Below, piece by piece: positions 9,020 to 17,806 of a DNA stretch of 41,781 nucleotides. The notes under the pieces were generated by a model. It saw only the letters and a list, made by a program, of their open reading frames with translations, made no database searches and was not told where the DNA came from. The stretch is from Dehalococcoidia bacterium (GTDB taxonomy: Bacteria > Chloroflexota > Dehalococcoidia > DSTF01 > JALHUB01). Both the position numbers and the translations under genes were made by a program. Each line of letters starts with the position of its first letter. Position 1 is the stretch's first letter. The DNA is taken from NCBI GenBank assembly GCA_022865685.1, contig JALHUB010000251.1, forward strand, positions 1 to 41,781, given 5' to 3'.

Positions 9020-10114
9020 TTGGACGGACGGCGCCCCTGCCCAAACGGTGGGCAGGACACAGAACCGAGGCCCTTCTTGCTCCGTAGCCCCCGCATCTGG
9101 CTCGGGATAGCCCTGAGCGCCCTGTTTATCGCGATATTCCTCTGGCGCACCGACTTCAGCGAGATCGGCCGCGCCTTCGCTCACGCCAACTACTGGTGGG
9201 CGCTGGCTTCGATACCCGTCTACTTCGTCGCCGCCTACTTCCGCGCCTGGCGCTGGAAGTACCTCCTGCGCCCGCTGGGCGAGATGCGCGTCTCGGCCCT
9301 GTTCCCGATCGTCATCATTGGCTTCATGGCCAACAACCTCATTCCCGCCCGCGCCGGCGAGTTCGTTCGGGCCTACATCGTCGGCGAGCGCGAGAAGGTC
9401 AGCAAGATGGCCGCTTTGGGCACCATCGCTGTCGACCGCGTGTTCGACGGCATCACGCTCCTACCGTTCCTGCTCATCGTCGCTGCTGTCTCCGGCGCGA
9501 ATTTCGATCTTCGTGTGTTTCACTTCAGCGTCGACCTGCGCGCCATCGCCGCCTTGATGGCAATTCTATTTGGCGTCGGACTGGTCCTGCTCGTGGTGCT
9601 CGCCCTCTCGGAAGGCCTTAGTCGTCGCCTCGTCGCCTTCGTGCTGCGATTCGTCCCCGCTCGACTCAAGCCGCAGGTGCAAACGCTGGCGGAATCGTTC
9701 CTGACCGGACTCCACTCCTTCCGCAGCCCGACGGACATGTTCCTCGCCTCCGCGACGTCGGTCGTCTCCTGGCTGCTGGAGGCGACGATGTACTACATGA
9801 TCGGCCTCGTCTTCGGCCTTGACCTCGGCTTCGAGGTCTACCTGCTCATTTGCGCAGGCGCCAACCTTGCGATAGCGGTCATCCCGACGCAGGGGGGTGT
9901 CGGGCCGTTCGAGTTCGTGACGCAGCAGACGGCGATGTACTTCGGCGTCGCGCGCGACCCCGCCTTCGCCTATGCTGTGGCGCTGCACGCCCTGCTGTTG
10001 ATACCGGTAATCGCAGTCGGCCTCTACTTCCTCTGGTCGATCAACCTGTCCCTGGGCGAGGTCCTGCGCGGCCGCGCGAAGGCCGGCGCTACGGAAGCGA
10101 TGGTAGAAGAATGA
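9020..10114 (+). CDS. UPF0104 / lysylphosphatidylglycerol-synthase-TM-region (flippase-like) membrane protein
   Basis: FMANNLIPARAGEFVRAYIVG motif plus ~8 TM helices, typical of the LPG_synthase_TM family. Start is uncertain: TTG 9020, or TTG 9077 which has a GAGG 6 nt upstream. Confidence 0.8.
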   Translation: MDGRRPCPNGGQDTEPRPFLLRSPRIWLGIALSALFIAIFLWRTDFSEIGRAFAHANYWWALASIPVYFVAAYFRAWRWKYLLRPLGEMRVSALFPIVIIGFMANNLIPARAGEFVRAYIVGEREKVSKMAALGTIAVDRVFDGITLLPFLLIVAAVSGANFDLRVFHFSVDLRAIAALMAILFGVGLVLLVVLALSEGLSRRLVAFVLRFVPARLKPQVQTLAESFLTGLHSFRSPTDMFLASATSVVSWLLEATMYYMIGLVFGLDLGFEVYLLICAGANLAIAVIPTQGGVGPFEFVTQQTAMYFGVARDPAFAYAVALHALLLIPVIAVGLYFLWSINLSLGEVLRGRAKAGATEAMVEE

Positions 10115-11412
10115 AGTATGGCATCGTCGGCGGCGGCATCGCGGGCCTGACGGCGGCCTACCGGCTCCAGCAGAGGGGCCACGAGGTGGCGCTCTTCGAG
10201 GCTCGACCGCAGCTCGGCGGGCAGGCTGGCACCTTCGAAGTCGGCGGCAACCGGCTGGAGGTCTTCTACCACCACCTCTTCAGCGGCGACAGCGACGTCA
10301 TCGGCCTCATCGACGAGATGGGCCTCGGCGAGCGCATGAGCTGGCGCGAGTCGAAAGTGGGCTTCTACCATGGCGGCCGCATCGACAACTTTGTCACGCC
10401 CGGCGACCTCCTGCGCTTCGGCGCCGTCTCCCCCATCGACCGCGTCCGCCTGGGCCTGGTCGGCCTCTACTTGCGGCGTCAGAAGGACTGGCGTCGCTAC
10501 GAAGGCCTCACAGCCCAGGAGTGGATCAAGAAGTGGGCCGGCAAGCGCAACTACGACGTCGTCTGGGGGCCGCTGCTGCGCGGCAAGTTCGGCTCGCGCG
10601 CCGGCGACGTGAGCATGGTCTGGTTCTGGGGCAAGATCTTCCTCCGCTTCGCCTCGCGTGGCGGCGGCGTGTCGCAGAAGGAGCGGCTCGGCTACCTCAT
10701 GGGCAGCTTCGGCCTCCTGATCGACGCGCTCGCGGACCGCCTCCGGCAAGCAGGCGCGCGCGTCGAGGCCGGGCGAGCCGTGGAGCGCATAGTCGTCGAA
10801 GAGGGGCGTGCCAGCGGACTCCAGCTTGCCGGAGGCGAGACCGTCCCCTGCGACGCCGTCATCGCGACCGTGCCCAACGCCGCGTTCCTGGAGATAGCGC
10901 CCTTCCTGCCCGACGACTACGCCGGCCTGCTGCGCAAGGTGCAATACCAGTGGGCCAGCGCCCTTGTCCTGGCGCTCAAGCAGTCGCTCTCGCCGATCTA
11001 CTGGCTGAACATCAGCGACCCCGAGATCCCGTTCGTCGGCGCCATCGAGCACACGAACTACATCGAGCCGGCGCAGTACGGCGGCCTCAACATCCTCTAC
11101 CTGTCGAACTACGTCGAGGAGAGCTCGCCGGTCGTGGGCATGAGCATCGACGAGCTCAGCGACTACTACCTGCCGCACCTGACGAAGATCAACCCCGCCT
11201 TCTCGCGCGACTGGATCGTCGACCGCTGGCTGTTCAAGGACCCGGCCGGCCAGCCGGTGATCACGACGAACTACGGCGCTTCGATACCCTCGCACGAGAC
11301 GCCGGTGCCCGGCCTCTACCTGGCGAACACGACGCAGATCTATCCGGAGGATCGCGGCCTCAACTACTCCGTCCGCCTCGGCGACAAGATCGCCTCAATA
11401 GCCGCTGCTTAA
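10111..11412 (+). CDS. NAD(P)/FAD-dependent oxidoreductase (amine-oxidase / phytoene-desaturase-like)
   Basis: MKYGIVGGGIAGLTAAYRLQQRGHEVALFEARPQLGG is a Rossmann GxGxxG-x17-E dinucleotide-binding start. ATG 10111 overlaps the upstream stop (ATGA). The track ORF from 9850 is an out-of-gene 5' extension. Confidence 0.8.
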   Translation: MKYGIVGGGIAGLTAAYRLQQRGHEVALFEARPQLGGQAGTFEVGGNRLEVFYHHLFSGDSDVIGLIDEMGLGERMSWRESKVGFYHGGRIDNFVTPGDLLRFGAVSPIDRVRLGLVGLYLRRQKDWRRYEGLTAQEWIKKWAGKRNYDVVWGPLLRGKFGSRAGDVSMVWFWGKIFLRFASRGGGVSQKERLGYLMGSFGLLIDALADRLRQAGARVEAGRAVERIVVEEGRASGLQLAGGETVPCDAVIATVPNAAFLEIAPFLPDDYAGLLRKVQYQWASALVLALKQSLSPIYWLNISDPEIPFVGAIEHTNYIEPAQYGGLNILYLSNYVEESSPVVGMSIDELSDYYLPHLTKINPAFSRDWIVDRWLFKDPAGQPVITTNYGASIPSHETPVPGLYLANTTQIYPEDRGLNYSVRLGDKIASIAAA

Positions 11413-11462
11413 CCTACTTTCCTGTTGTAGAATAGGCCAGGCAACCCGCATGACCAGGGATC

Positions 11463-11698
11463 GCCGAGGCTGGAAAGCCTCGGCTGCGGGATTCTGGCCA
11501 TGACCGGCCGCCGGTCCTACCGCGTAGGGCGGGCATCCTGCCCGCCTCTCGGGGACGCAGGGGTCGGGGCTCCGACTGTCTGCCAGTGGCGGATACCCGA
11601 CCCGCGGGCATACGCAAAGATGACGCCTCTGAGGGATGAATCCCTCAGCCTTTCATAGAAACGCCGTCTTACTATTGGCTGCGGGTTTCAACCCGCAG
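11463..11698. repeat. Cluster of REP-like GC hairpins in the oxidoreductase-mutS spacer
   Basis: GCCGAGGCT-ggaa-AGCCTCGGC (11463-11484), GGCGGGCA-tcc-TGCCCGCC (11528-11546), CTGAGGGA-tgaa-TCCCTCAG (11629-11648) and CTGCGGGT-ttca-ACCCGCAG (11679-11698). Confidence 0.6.
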
Positions 11699-11704
11699 GA
11701 TCGC

Positions 11705-14332
11705 ATGACCCCAATCCGACGCCAGTATCTCGACATCAAGCGGCGCTACCCCCATGCCATCGTCCTCTTCCGGCTCGGCGACTTCTACGAGACGTTCGAT
11801 GACGACGCCAAGCTCTGCGCCCGCGAGCTCGACCTGACGCTAACGTCGAAGCCCATGGGTAAGAACGTGCGCGTGCCGCTCGCGGGCATCCCGTACCACG
11901 CCCTCGACGGCTACCTGGCGCGCCTCATCGCCAAGGGCTACAAGGTCGCGATCTGCGAGCAGATGGGCGACCCCGCGATGGCGAAGGGACTTGTCGACAG
12001 GCAGGTGGTGCGCGTCGTCACGCCGGGCACGGTCATCGAGGGCCACCTGCTCGACGAGCGGGCCAACAACTACCTCGTCGCCCTTGCCGTCGAGCCGCCC
12101 CCTAAGCGCGGCCGGACGGGCAGCGGCGAGCCGCGGGTAGGGCTGGCCTATGTTGACATAAGTACGGGCGAGTTCGCAGCGACGCAGCTCGACCAGGCGG
12201 CCCTCGCTGCCGAGCTTTCGCGCCTGCATCCGGCGGAGCTGCTGCTCTGCGAAGACACGGAGCCGCCCGCTACCGACGCGCCCGTCACGCGCCTGGAGGC
12301 GTACTGCTTCGAGGCCGAGACGGCGCGCTCCGTCCTTCTCGATCACTTCCGCGTCGTCTCGCTGGCTGCCTTTGGCTGCGACGAGATGCCCCTCGCGACC
12401 TGCGCGGCGGGCGCCGCCATCCACTACCTGCGCGAGAATCAGAAGGCCGCTCTCGGCCACGTCAGCGCTCTCTCCATCTACAATCCAACGCGCTTCATGC
12501 TCCTCGACGCCCAGACGCGGCGCAACCTGGAGCTGTTCGGCGGCGGCCGCGACGGCGATAGGCGCAACTCACTCCTCGGCGTCCTCGACTTGACGCGGAC
12601 GGCACTCGGCGCGCGCCTGCTGCGTCGCTGGCTCGGACAGCCGCTGCTCGACGTCGACGCCATCCGCGAGCGACAGGACGGCGTCGCCTGGTTCCACGAG
12701 AGCGCCGTCCGGCGCGGCGCCGCGGGTGAGGTGCTGGCGAAGATGCCGGACTTCGAGCGACTGCTCAGCCGGATCTCGAGCAATATGGCGCTACCGCGCG
12801 AGGTGGTCGCTCTCAGGCGCGGCCTTGAGCTTGTGCCCGATTTGCGCGCGGTCCTCGACGGGGGGAAGGGCTGCGACACCGTCGCCGCCATGCTGTCCGG
12901 CCTCGACCCTTGCGATGACATCGTCGCGCTCATAGCGCAGGCGCTGGAGGACGAGCCGGCGAATGACCCGCAAGAGGGCGGCGTCGTGCGCAGCGGCTTC
13001 GCGCCGGAGCTCGACGAGCTGCGCAGCGTAACACGAGACGTCCGTCGCTACCTCGCGGAGCTGGAGGCGGCGGAAAGGGCGCGCAGCGGCATCAAGACGC
13101 TGAAGGTCGGCTACAACCGCGTCTTCGGCTACTACATTGAGGTGAGCCGTCCCAACCTCTCCCACGTGCCGGACGACTACCAGCGCCGTCAGACGCTCGT
13201 CGGCGGCGAGCGCTTCGTCACGGAGCAGCTCAAGGAGTACGAAAGCCGCATCCTCAGCGCCCGCGAGCGCATCGGCGAGCTGGAGTCGGGCATCTTCCGG
13301 CTGGTCTGCGCCCAGGTCGCGGCTGACGGCAAGCGACTCCTCGCGCTGGCCGCCGCCGTCGCCGCCGTCGACGTGCGATTGACGCTGGCCGAAGCGGCCT
13401 CGCGCTACGGATACTGCCGGCCCGACCTCCTGGCGGAGGGCGAGATCGTCGTCCGCGACGGCCGGCATCCCATCGTCGAGCGCACGCTCGCTTCCGCCGG
13501 CGCCTTCGTCCCCAACGACGTCCACCTTTCCGCCGTGGACGGCCAGATCATCTTGCTGACGGGCCCGAACATGGCCGGCAAGTCGACCTATCTGCGTCAG
13601 GTGGCGCTTATCGTTCTCATGGCGCAGATAGGTAGCTTCGTGCCCGCTGCCTCCGCCCGAATCGGCGTTGTCGACCGCGTCTTCACGCGCGTGGGCGCTC
13701 AGGAGGACATTGCCTCGGGGCAATCGACGTTCATGGTGGAGATGCTGGAGACCGCCAACATCCTGCACAACGCCACGCCGCGCTCGCTCGTCATCCTCGA
13801 CGAGATCGGCCGCGGCACCAGCACCTACGACGGCATGGCGATCGCCCGCGCGGTTGTCGAGTACCTACACAACCGCAGCGACCGGGCAGCGAAGACGCTC
13901 TTCGCCACCCACTACCATGAGCTCGTGGCGCTGGCGCAAACACTGCCCCATGTGCGGAACTACAACGTCGCCGTGACGGAGGAAGGTGGAAGCATTGTTT
14001 TCCTGCATCGCATCGTCCCCGGCGGCGCCGACAAGAGCTACGGCGTCCACGTCGCCGAACTGGCCGGCCTGCCGAAGCCGGTCGTGCAGCGGGCTCGCGA
14101 CGTCCTGGCGGCGCTCGAATCGCAATCCGACGGACGGCGGGGACCGGATGGGGCGCGTTCCTCTCGACCCCCCGCAGAGCAGTTGCCGCTCCTGGCGCCG
14201 GCGTCGCCGCTCCTGGGCGAGCTGGCGGGACTCGAAGTCGACGCCATGACGCCGCTGGAAGCGATAACGAAGCTCTACGAGCTGCGCGAGAAAGCCCGAG
14301 AAGACGGCGCCATATCGGAGGCTAGTTCCTGA
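11705..14332 (+). CDS. mutS: DNA mismatch repair protein MutS
   Basis: Begins MTPIRRQYLDIKRRYP...FRLGDFYETF (canonical MutS N-terminus with the mismatch-binding Phe). Walker A GPNMAGKST, Walker B LVILDEIGRGTST, and THYHEL. ATG 11705 is preferred over the track start 11636, which lies inside a hairpin repeat. Confidence 0.93.
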   Translation: MTPIRRQYLDIKRRYPHAIVLFRLGDFYETFDDDAKLCARELDLTLTSKPMGKNVRVPLAGIPYHALDGYLARLIAKGYKVAICEQMGDPAMAKGLVDRQVVRVVTPGTVIEGHLLDERANNYLVALAVEPPPKRGRTGSGEPRVGLAYVDISTGEFAATQLDQAALAAELSRLHPAELLLCEDTEPPATDAPVTRLEAYCFEAETARSVLLDHFRVVSLAAFGCDEMPLATCAAGAAIHYLRENQKAALGHVSALSIYNPTRFMLLDAQTRRNLELFGGGRDGDRRNSLLGVLDLTRTALGARLLRRWLGQPLLDVDAIRERQDGVAWFHESAVRRGAAGEVLAKMPDFERLLSRISSNMALPREVVALRRGLELVPDLRAVLDGGKGCDTVAAMLSGLDPCDDIVALIAQALEDEPANDPQEGGVVRSGFAPELDELRSVTRDVRRYLAELEAAERARSGIKTLKVGYNRVFGYYIEVSRPNLSHVPDDYQRRQTLVGGERFVTEQLKEYESRILSARERIGELESGIFRLVCAQVAADGKRLLALAAAVAAVDVRLTLAEAASRYGYCRPDLLAEGEIVVRDGRHPIVERTLASAGAFVPNDVHLSAVDGQIILLTGPNMAGKSTYLRQVALIVLMAQIGSFVPAASARIGVVDRVFTRVGAQEDIASGQSTFMVEMLETANILHNATPRSLVILDEIGRGTSTYDGMAIARAVVEYLHNRSDRAAKTLFATHYHELVALAQTLPHVRNYNVAVTEEGGSIVFLHRIVPGGADKSYGVHVAELAGLPKPVVQRARDVLAALESQSDGRRGPDGARSSRPPAEQLPLLAPASPLLGELAGLEVDAMTPLEAITKLYELREKAREDGAISEASS

Positions 14333-15749
14333 CGATGCCGCTGACGCCCACCTGGTAGGACTTCCCCTCCAGCGCCAGGTCTATCTGGATGCGGCCCGCG
14401 CCGTCCCAGCCGGGGTAGGAACCATCAGGAAGATCGACCGCCGTCGAAGTGAGCCTGCTCTTCACCGCATCCGGCGACATCGGCGGACCCTTGGACAAGA
14501 TCAGGGCCACTGCCCCCGCAACGAGCGGCGCGGAGAATGAAGTGCCGCTGCCCAGTGCGTAGGGCTGGCCGCTGACGCAGTACCATCCCGGCCCGCAGAA
14601 CTTCGTCGGCAGCGTGCTGGTGATGTCGACGCCCGGCGCGGTAACCGTCACCTCCGGCCCCCAGTTGCTGAAAGAGGCCTTGCTGCTGGCGTTCTTATGG
14701 TCCGCGGCCGAGACGGCAATCACCCTCTCGTCGCGCGCCGGGAAAGCGACCACCGCCTCGCCGGAGTTGCCCGTCGCCGCCACGATGACCACGCCGTAAC
14801 GGTCGTGCGCCTCGGCGATGGCCGCGCGCAGCGTCAGCGAGTCCTCATCGGTGCCGAAGCTCATGTTCAGGACCCTGGCGCCGTTCTTGGCCGCGTAGAG
14901 GATGCCCTGTGTCGCAGCCAGGGCAGTGCCCGCGCCCTCACAATCCAGCACCTTCACCGGCATGATCGTGGCATTGGGTGCCATGCCCGTCACGCCGGCG
15001 GCGGTGTTCCCTTTCGCTGCCGCGACGCCCGCGACGAAGCTGCCGTGGCCGTTGTCGTCCGCGATGTCGCTGTTGGGTCCCGCCTGCGCCCCCGTACAAG
15101 CGATACCGCTCTCGGCGAAGTTGCAGCCGTGTACGTCGTCGACGCAGCCGTTGCCATCGTCGTCGATACCGTTGCCCGCGATCTCCGCCGTGTTCGTCCA
15201 GACGTTGTCCTTCAAATCCGGGTGCGTGATGTCCAGCCCGGTATCGAGGATAGCGACGATGATGCCCGCCTTGCCCGTCTCCACGTCCCAGGCCTTGGGC
15301 GCATTAACGAGGTCGTAGTACCATTGCTGCCGGCCGACGTAGAAGGGGTCGTTGGGGACCATCTGCGTTCGGAATATGACGTTCGGCTCCGCGTACTCCA
15401 CCTGCGGCACCAAACCATAGCGGCGCGCCGCTTCCTCCAGCGACAATCCGGGTTCGACAGCGACGCGCGACACCCCGAGATCACCGATCTCGCCCACCTC
15501 CCTGGCGCCGACCACCCCGTTTACGACGCGTCGCCCGATGGGGAACATCGGCTGGCGGTACTTCACGAGGAGCTCGCCCGGCGCGGCGTCCAGCGGATGG
15601 CTGCGACCGGTCGCGACTCTGGTGCCATTGGCCGGGGGGTTGCAGACCGGCGCCAGAGCGAGATATGCGGCCAAGAGGCCCGCGGGAAAGGCGATCAGCA
15701 GGGCCATGCGTGTGCGATAAGTCATCGGAAGGCGCCGCGACTTGACCAT
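14322..15749 (-). CDS. Secreted subtilisin-like serine protease (peptidase S8) with N-terminal propeptide
   Basis: Catalytic triad contexts AILDTGLD (Asp), HGSFVAGVAAA (His) and GTSFSAPLVAG (Ser). N-terminal hydrophobic signal MALLIAFPAGLLAAYLALAPV. Start may be 15725. The 3' end overlaps the mutS 3' end by 11 nt. Confidence 0.9.
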   Translation of the reverse strand: MVKSRRLPMTYRTRMALLIAFPAGLLAAYLALAPVCNPPANGTRVATGRSHPLDAAPGELLVKYRQPMFPIGRRVVNGVVGAREVGEIGDLGVSRVAVEPGLSLEEAARRYGLVPQVEYAEPNVIFRTQMVPNDPFYVGRQQWYYDLVNAPKAWDVETGKAGIIVAILDTGLDITHPDLKDNVWTNTAEIAGNGIDDDGNGCVDDVHGCNFAESGIACTGAQAGPNSDIADDNGHGSFVAGVAAAKGNTAAGVTGMAPNATIMPVKVLDCEGAGTALAATQGILYAAKNGARVLNMSFGTDEDSLTLRAAIAEAHDRYGVVIVAATGNSGEAVVAFPARDERVIAVSAADHKNASSKASFSNWGPEVTVTAPGVDITSTLPTKFCGPGWYCVSGQPYALGSGTSFSAPLVAGAVALILSKGPPMSPDAVKSRLTSTAVDLPDGSYPGWDGAGRIQIDLALEGKSYQVGVSGIVRN

Positions 15750-15817
15750 ATATCTCGGCTCATGTGACGTACCTTACATCGGAGCAGTCGGATGGGCAAG
15801 AGGTTGCCTGTGCTAGA

Positions 15818-17542
15818 ATGGCGTCGATGAACCACCCCAGCGCCATCCAGAAGCTGTCGCCCCAGGTCATCGGCAAGATCGCCGCCGGCGAGGTCATCGA
15901 GCGACCGGCCTCCGTGGTCAAAGAGCTCGTGGAGAACTCGCTCGACGCCGCGGCCCGTCTCATAACCGTCGAGATCGGCAGAGGCGGGCTCGACCTGATC
16001 CGGGTCAGCGACGACGGCGGTGGCATCGCCCCGGACGAGCTGCCGCTGGCCTTCGAGCGCCACGCCACGAGCAAGCTTCTGACCGAGCACGACTTGGAGC
16101 GCGTCGCCACACTGGGCTTTCGCGGCGAGGCCCTCCCTAGCATCGCCGCCGTCGCGGAGATCGAGATCGCGTCGCGCCCGGCGAACGCGGCGTCGGGCGC
16201 CCTGCTGCGACTCAGAGAGGGCGAGGTTGTCGAGCAGGGCGAAAAAGGGATAGCGGCCGGCACCATTATCGCCGTCAGAGGCCTGTTCAGGCGCCAGCCT
16301 GCCCGGCTCAAGTTCCTGCGCTCGCCCGCCGCCGAGGCCGCCCAGATCGCCGGCGTCGTCAGCCATTACGCGCTTGCCTACCCCGAGGTACGCTTCGTGC
16401 TCCTCGTCGACGGGCGTCTCACGCTGCAAACTCCCGGAAACGCCGATCTCCGCGATGCGGCGGCCGGCGTCTACGGACACCAGGTCGCGCAGGCGCTCTT
16501 GGCGCTGCCCGTCGACGCAGGACCGGTCGACCCGCCTGCCGTCATCGGTCTCGTAGGCGAGCCGGGGCTGTCGAGGGCTAACCGCAACTATATAACGCTG
16601 TTCATCAACAGACGCTGGGTGCGCAGCCGCACGCTCACGTATGCCGTCGAAGAAGCGTATCATGGCTTCCTCCTGACCGGCCGCCACCCGCTCGCCATCG
16701 TCGACATCCGCCTGCCCGCCGCCGACGTCGACGTCAACGTTCACCCGTCGAAGCTAGAAGTCAGACTGCGCAACGAGCGCGAGGTGTTCGCTCTCCTCCA
16801 GCGCCAGGTGCGACGCACGCTCACGCAGAGCGCACCTCTGCCCGCCGTCTCCGCGACGACCTGGGCCGGCGGGGCGCGCCGGCATCCGCCCGTTCCGCGC
16901 TTCGAGCCTGCGCCGCTCGCCCTGGAGACGGCGCTACTCGCACCCGCCGCCGAGCAACCACGACTGGCGCCGCCCGCGCCCGTCATGCGGGCGCTTGGTC
17001 AGGTCGGGATGGTTTACATCGTCGCCGAGGGCCCCGAAGGGCTGTACCTCGTCGACCAGCACGCTGCCCACGAGCGTATCCTGTTCGAGCGCTTCCTCGG
17101 GACCGGCGGCGCCGCGGTCGACGCGCAGGGGCTGCTGGAGCCGGTCGCCGTCGAGATCGCGCCGCGTCAGCAGGCGTTGCTGACGGAGATGGCGCAGGAG
17201 CTGTCGGAGCAAGGCTTCTCGCTGGAGCCGTTCGGCGAGGGGACGTACCTCGTGCGGTCCGTTCCCGCCGTGCTCAAGGACAAGGACGTTGCGACGACAC
17301 TCGTCGAGTTCCTGGACGCCCTTGCCCGCGAGGAGGCCGCGGCCGACCGGCGGCAGCGCGTAGCGATGTCGCTCGCCTGCCACGCTGCCATCCGCGCCGG
17401 GCAGTCGCTCAGCCAGGAGGAGATGCGGGAGCTGCTGCGTCAGTTGGAGCAGACGGAGAACCCCCGTCACTGCCCGCACGGTCGGCCAACGATGATCCAC
17501 ATGAGCGCCGACGCGCTCGCCCGCGAGTTCCGCCGTCGCTGA
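15818..17542 (+). CDS. mutL: DNA mismatch repair endonuclease MutL
   Basis: GHKL ATPase N-terminus IAAGEVIERPASVVKELVENSLDA. C-terminal endonuclease motif DQHAAHERILFE (DQHAxxExxxxE) and CPHGRP. Start at ATG 15818 or 15827 rather than the track start 15764. Confidence 0.92.
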   Translation: MASMNHPSAIQKLSPQVIGKIAAGEVIERPASVVKELVENSLDAAARLITVEIGRGGLDLIRVSDDGGGIAPDELPLAFERHATSKLLTEHDLERVATLGFRGEALPSIAAVAEIEIASRPANAASGALLRLREGEVVEQGEKGIAAGTIIAVRGLFRRQPARLKFLRSPAAEAAQIAGVVSHYALAYPEVRFVLLVDGRLTLQTPGNADLRDAAAGVYGHQVAQALLALPVDAGPVDPPAVIGLVGEPGLSRANRNYITLFINRRWVRSRTLTYAVEEAYHGFLLTGRHPLAIVDIRLPAADVDVNVHPSKLEVRLRNEREVFALLQRQVRRTLTQSAPLPAVSATTWAGGARRHPPVPRFEPAPLALETALLAPAAEQPRLAPPAPVMRALGQVGMVYIVAEGPEGLYLVDQHAAHERILFERFLGTGGAAVDAQGLLEPVAVEIAPRQQALLTEMAQELSEQGFSLEPFGEGTYLVRSVPAVLKDKDVATTLVEFLDALAREEAAADRRQRVAMSLACHAAIRAGQSLSQEEMRELLRQLEQTENPRHCPHGRPTMIHMSADALAREFRRR

Positions 17543-17709
17543 TGCTGCACCGGGTCGTCGGTGCTCCCTTGCAGATTGATCGTTTCCCCTCCACCGTGCG
17601 GTGCCAGGCTGCGTTCCTATCGGAGATCCCTCGCGGCCCGACGCCACACTGCTCCAAGCGATTCTAGGTTGCGAGACTGCTATCCTTCGCTCGCATTCCT
17701 AAGGGTTTT

Positions 17710-17746
17710 CCCCTAAAGGATTCCCCTACTGCCGCCGAACATTACT
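17710..17746 (+). promoter_or_regulatory. Conserved 37-nt upstream motif, copy A (before the CAP-domain gene)
   Basis: CCCCTAaAGGaTTCCCCTACTGCCGccgAACattACT. Aligns with copy B at 26258-26294. Lies 60 nt upstream of ATG 17807. Confidence 0.4.
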
Positions 17747-17806
17747 GTGGCAGGCCTTGCGCTTGCCCTGTCAAACACCCTTCAGAAGAAAGGACCCGCG
17801 GCGTAG

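Noticed and set aside
9850-10110. 5' extension of the oxidoreductase ORF (track start 9850) overlapping the UPF0104 gene
   Set aside because: The extension is Arg/Pro-rich nonsense. The Rossmann fold begins exactly at MKYGIVGGG (ATG 10111), which overlaps the upstream stop in an ATGA junction.
11636-11704. Upstream ATG (11636) as the mutS start
   Set aside because: It lies inside a repeat hairpin. The added 23 aa have no MutS counterpart, and MTPIRRQYLDIK is the canonical MutS N-terminus.
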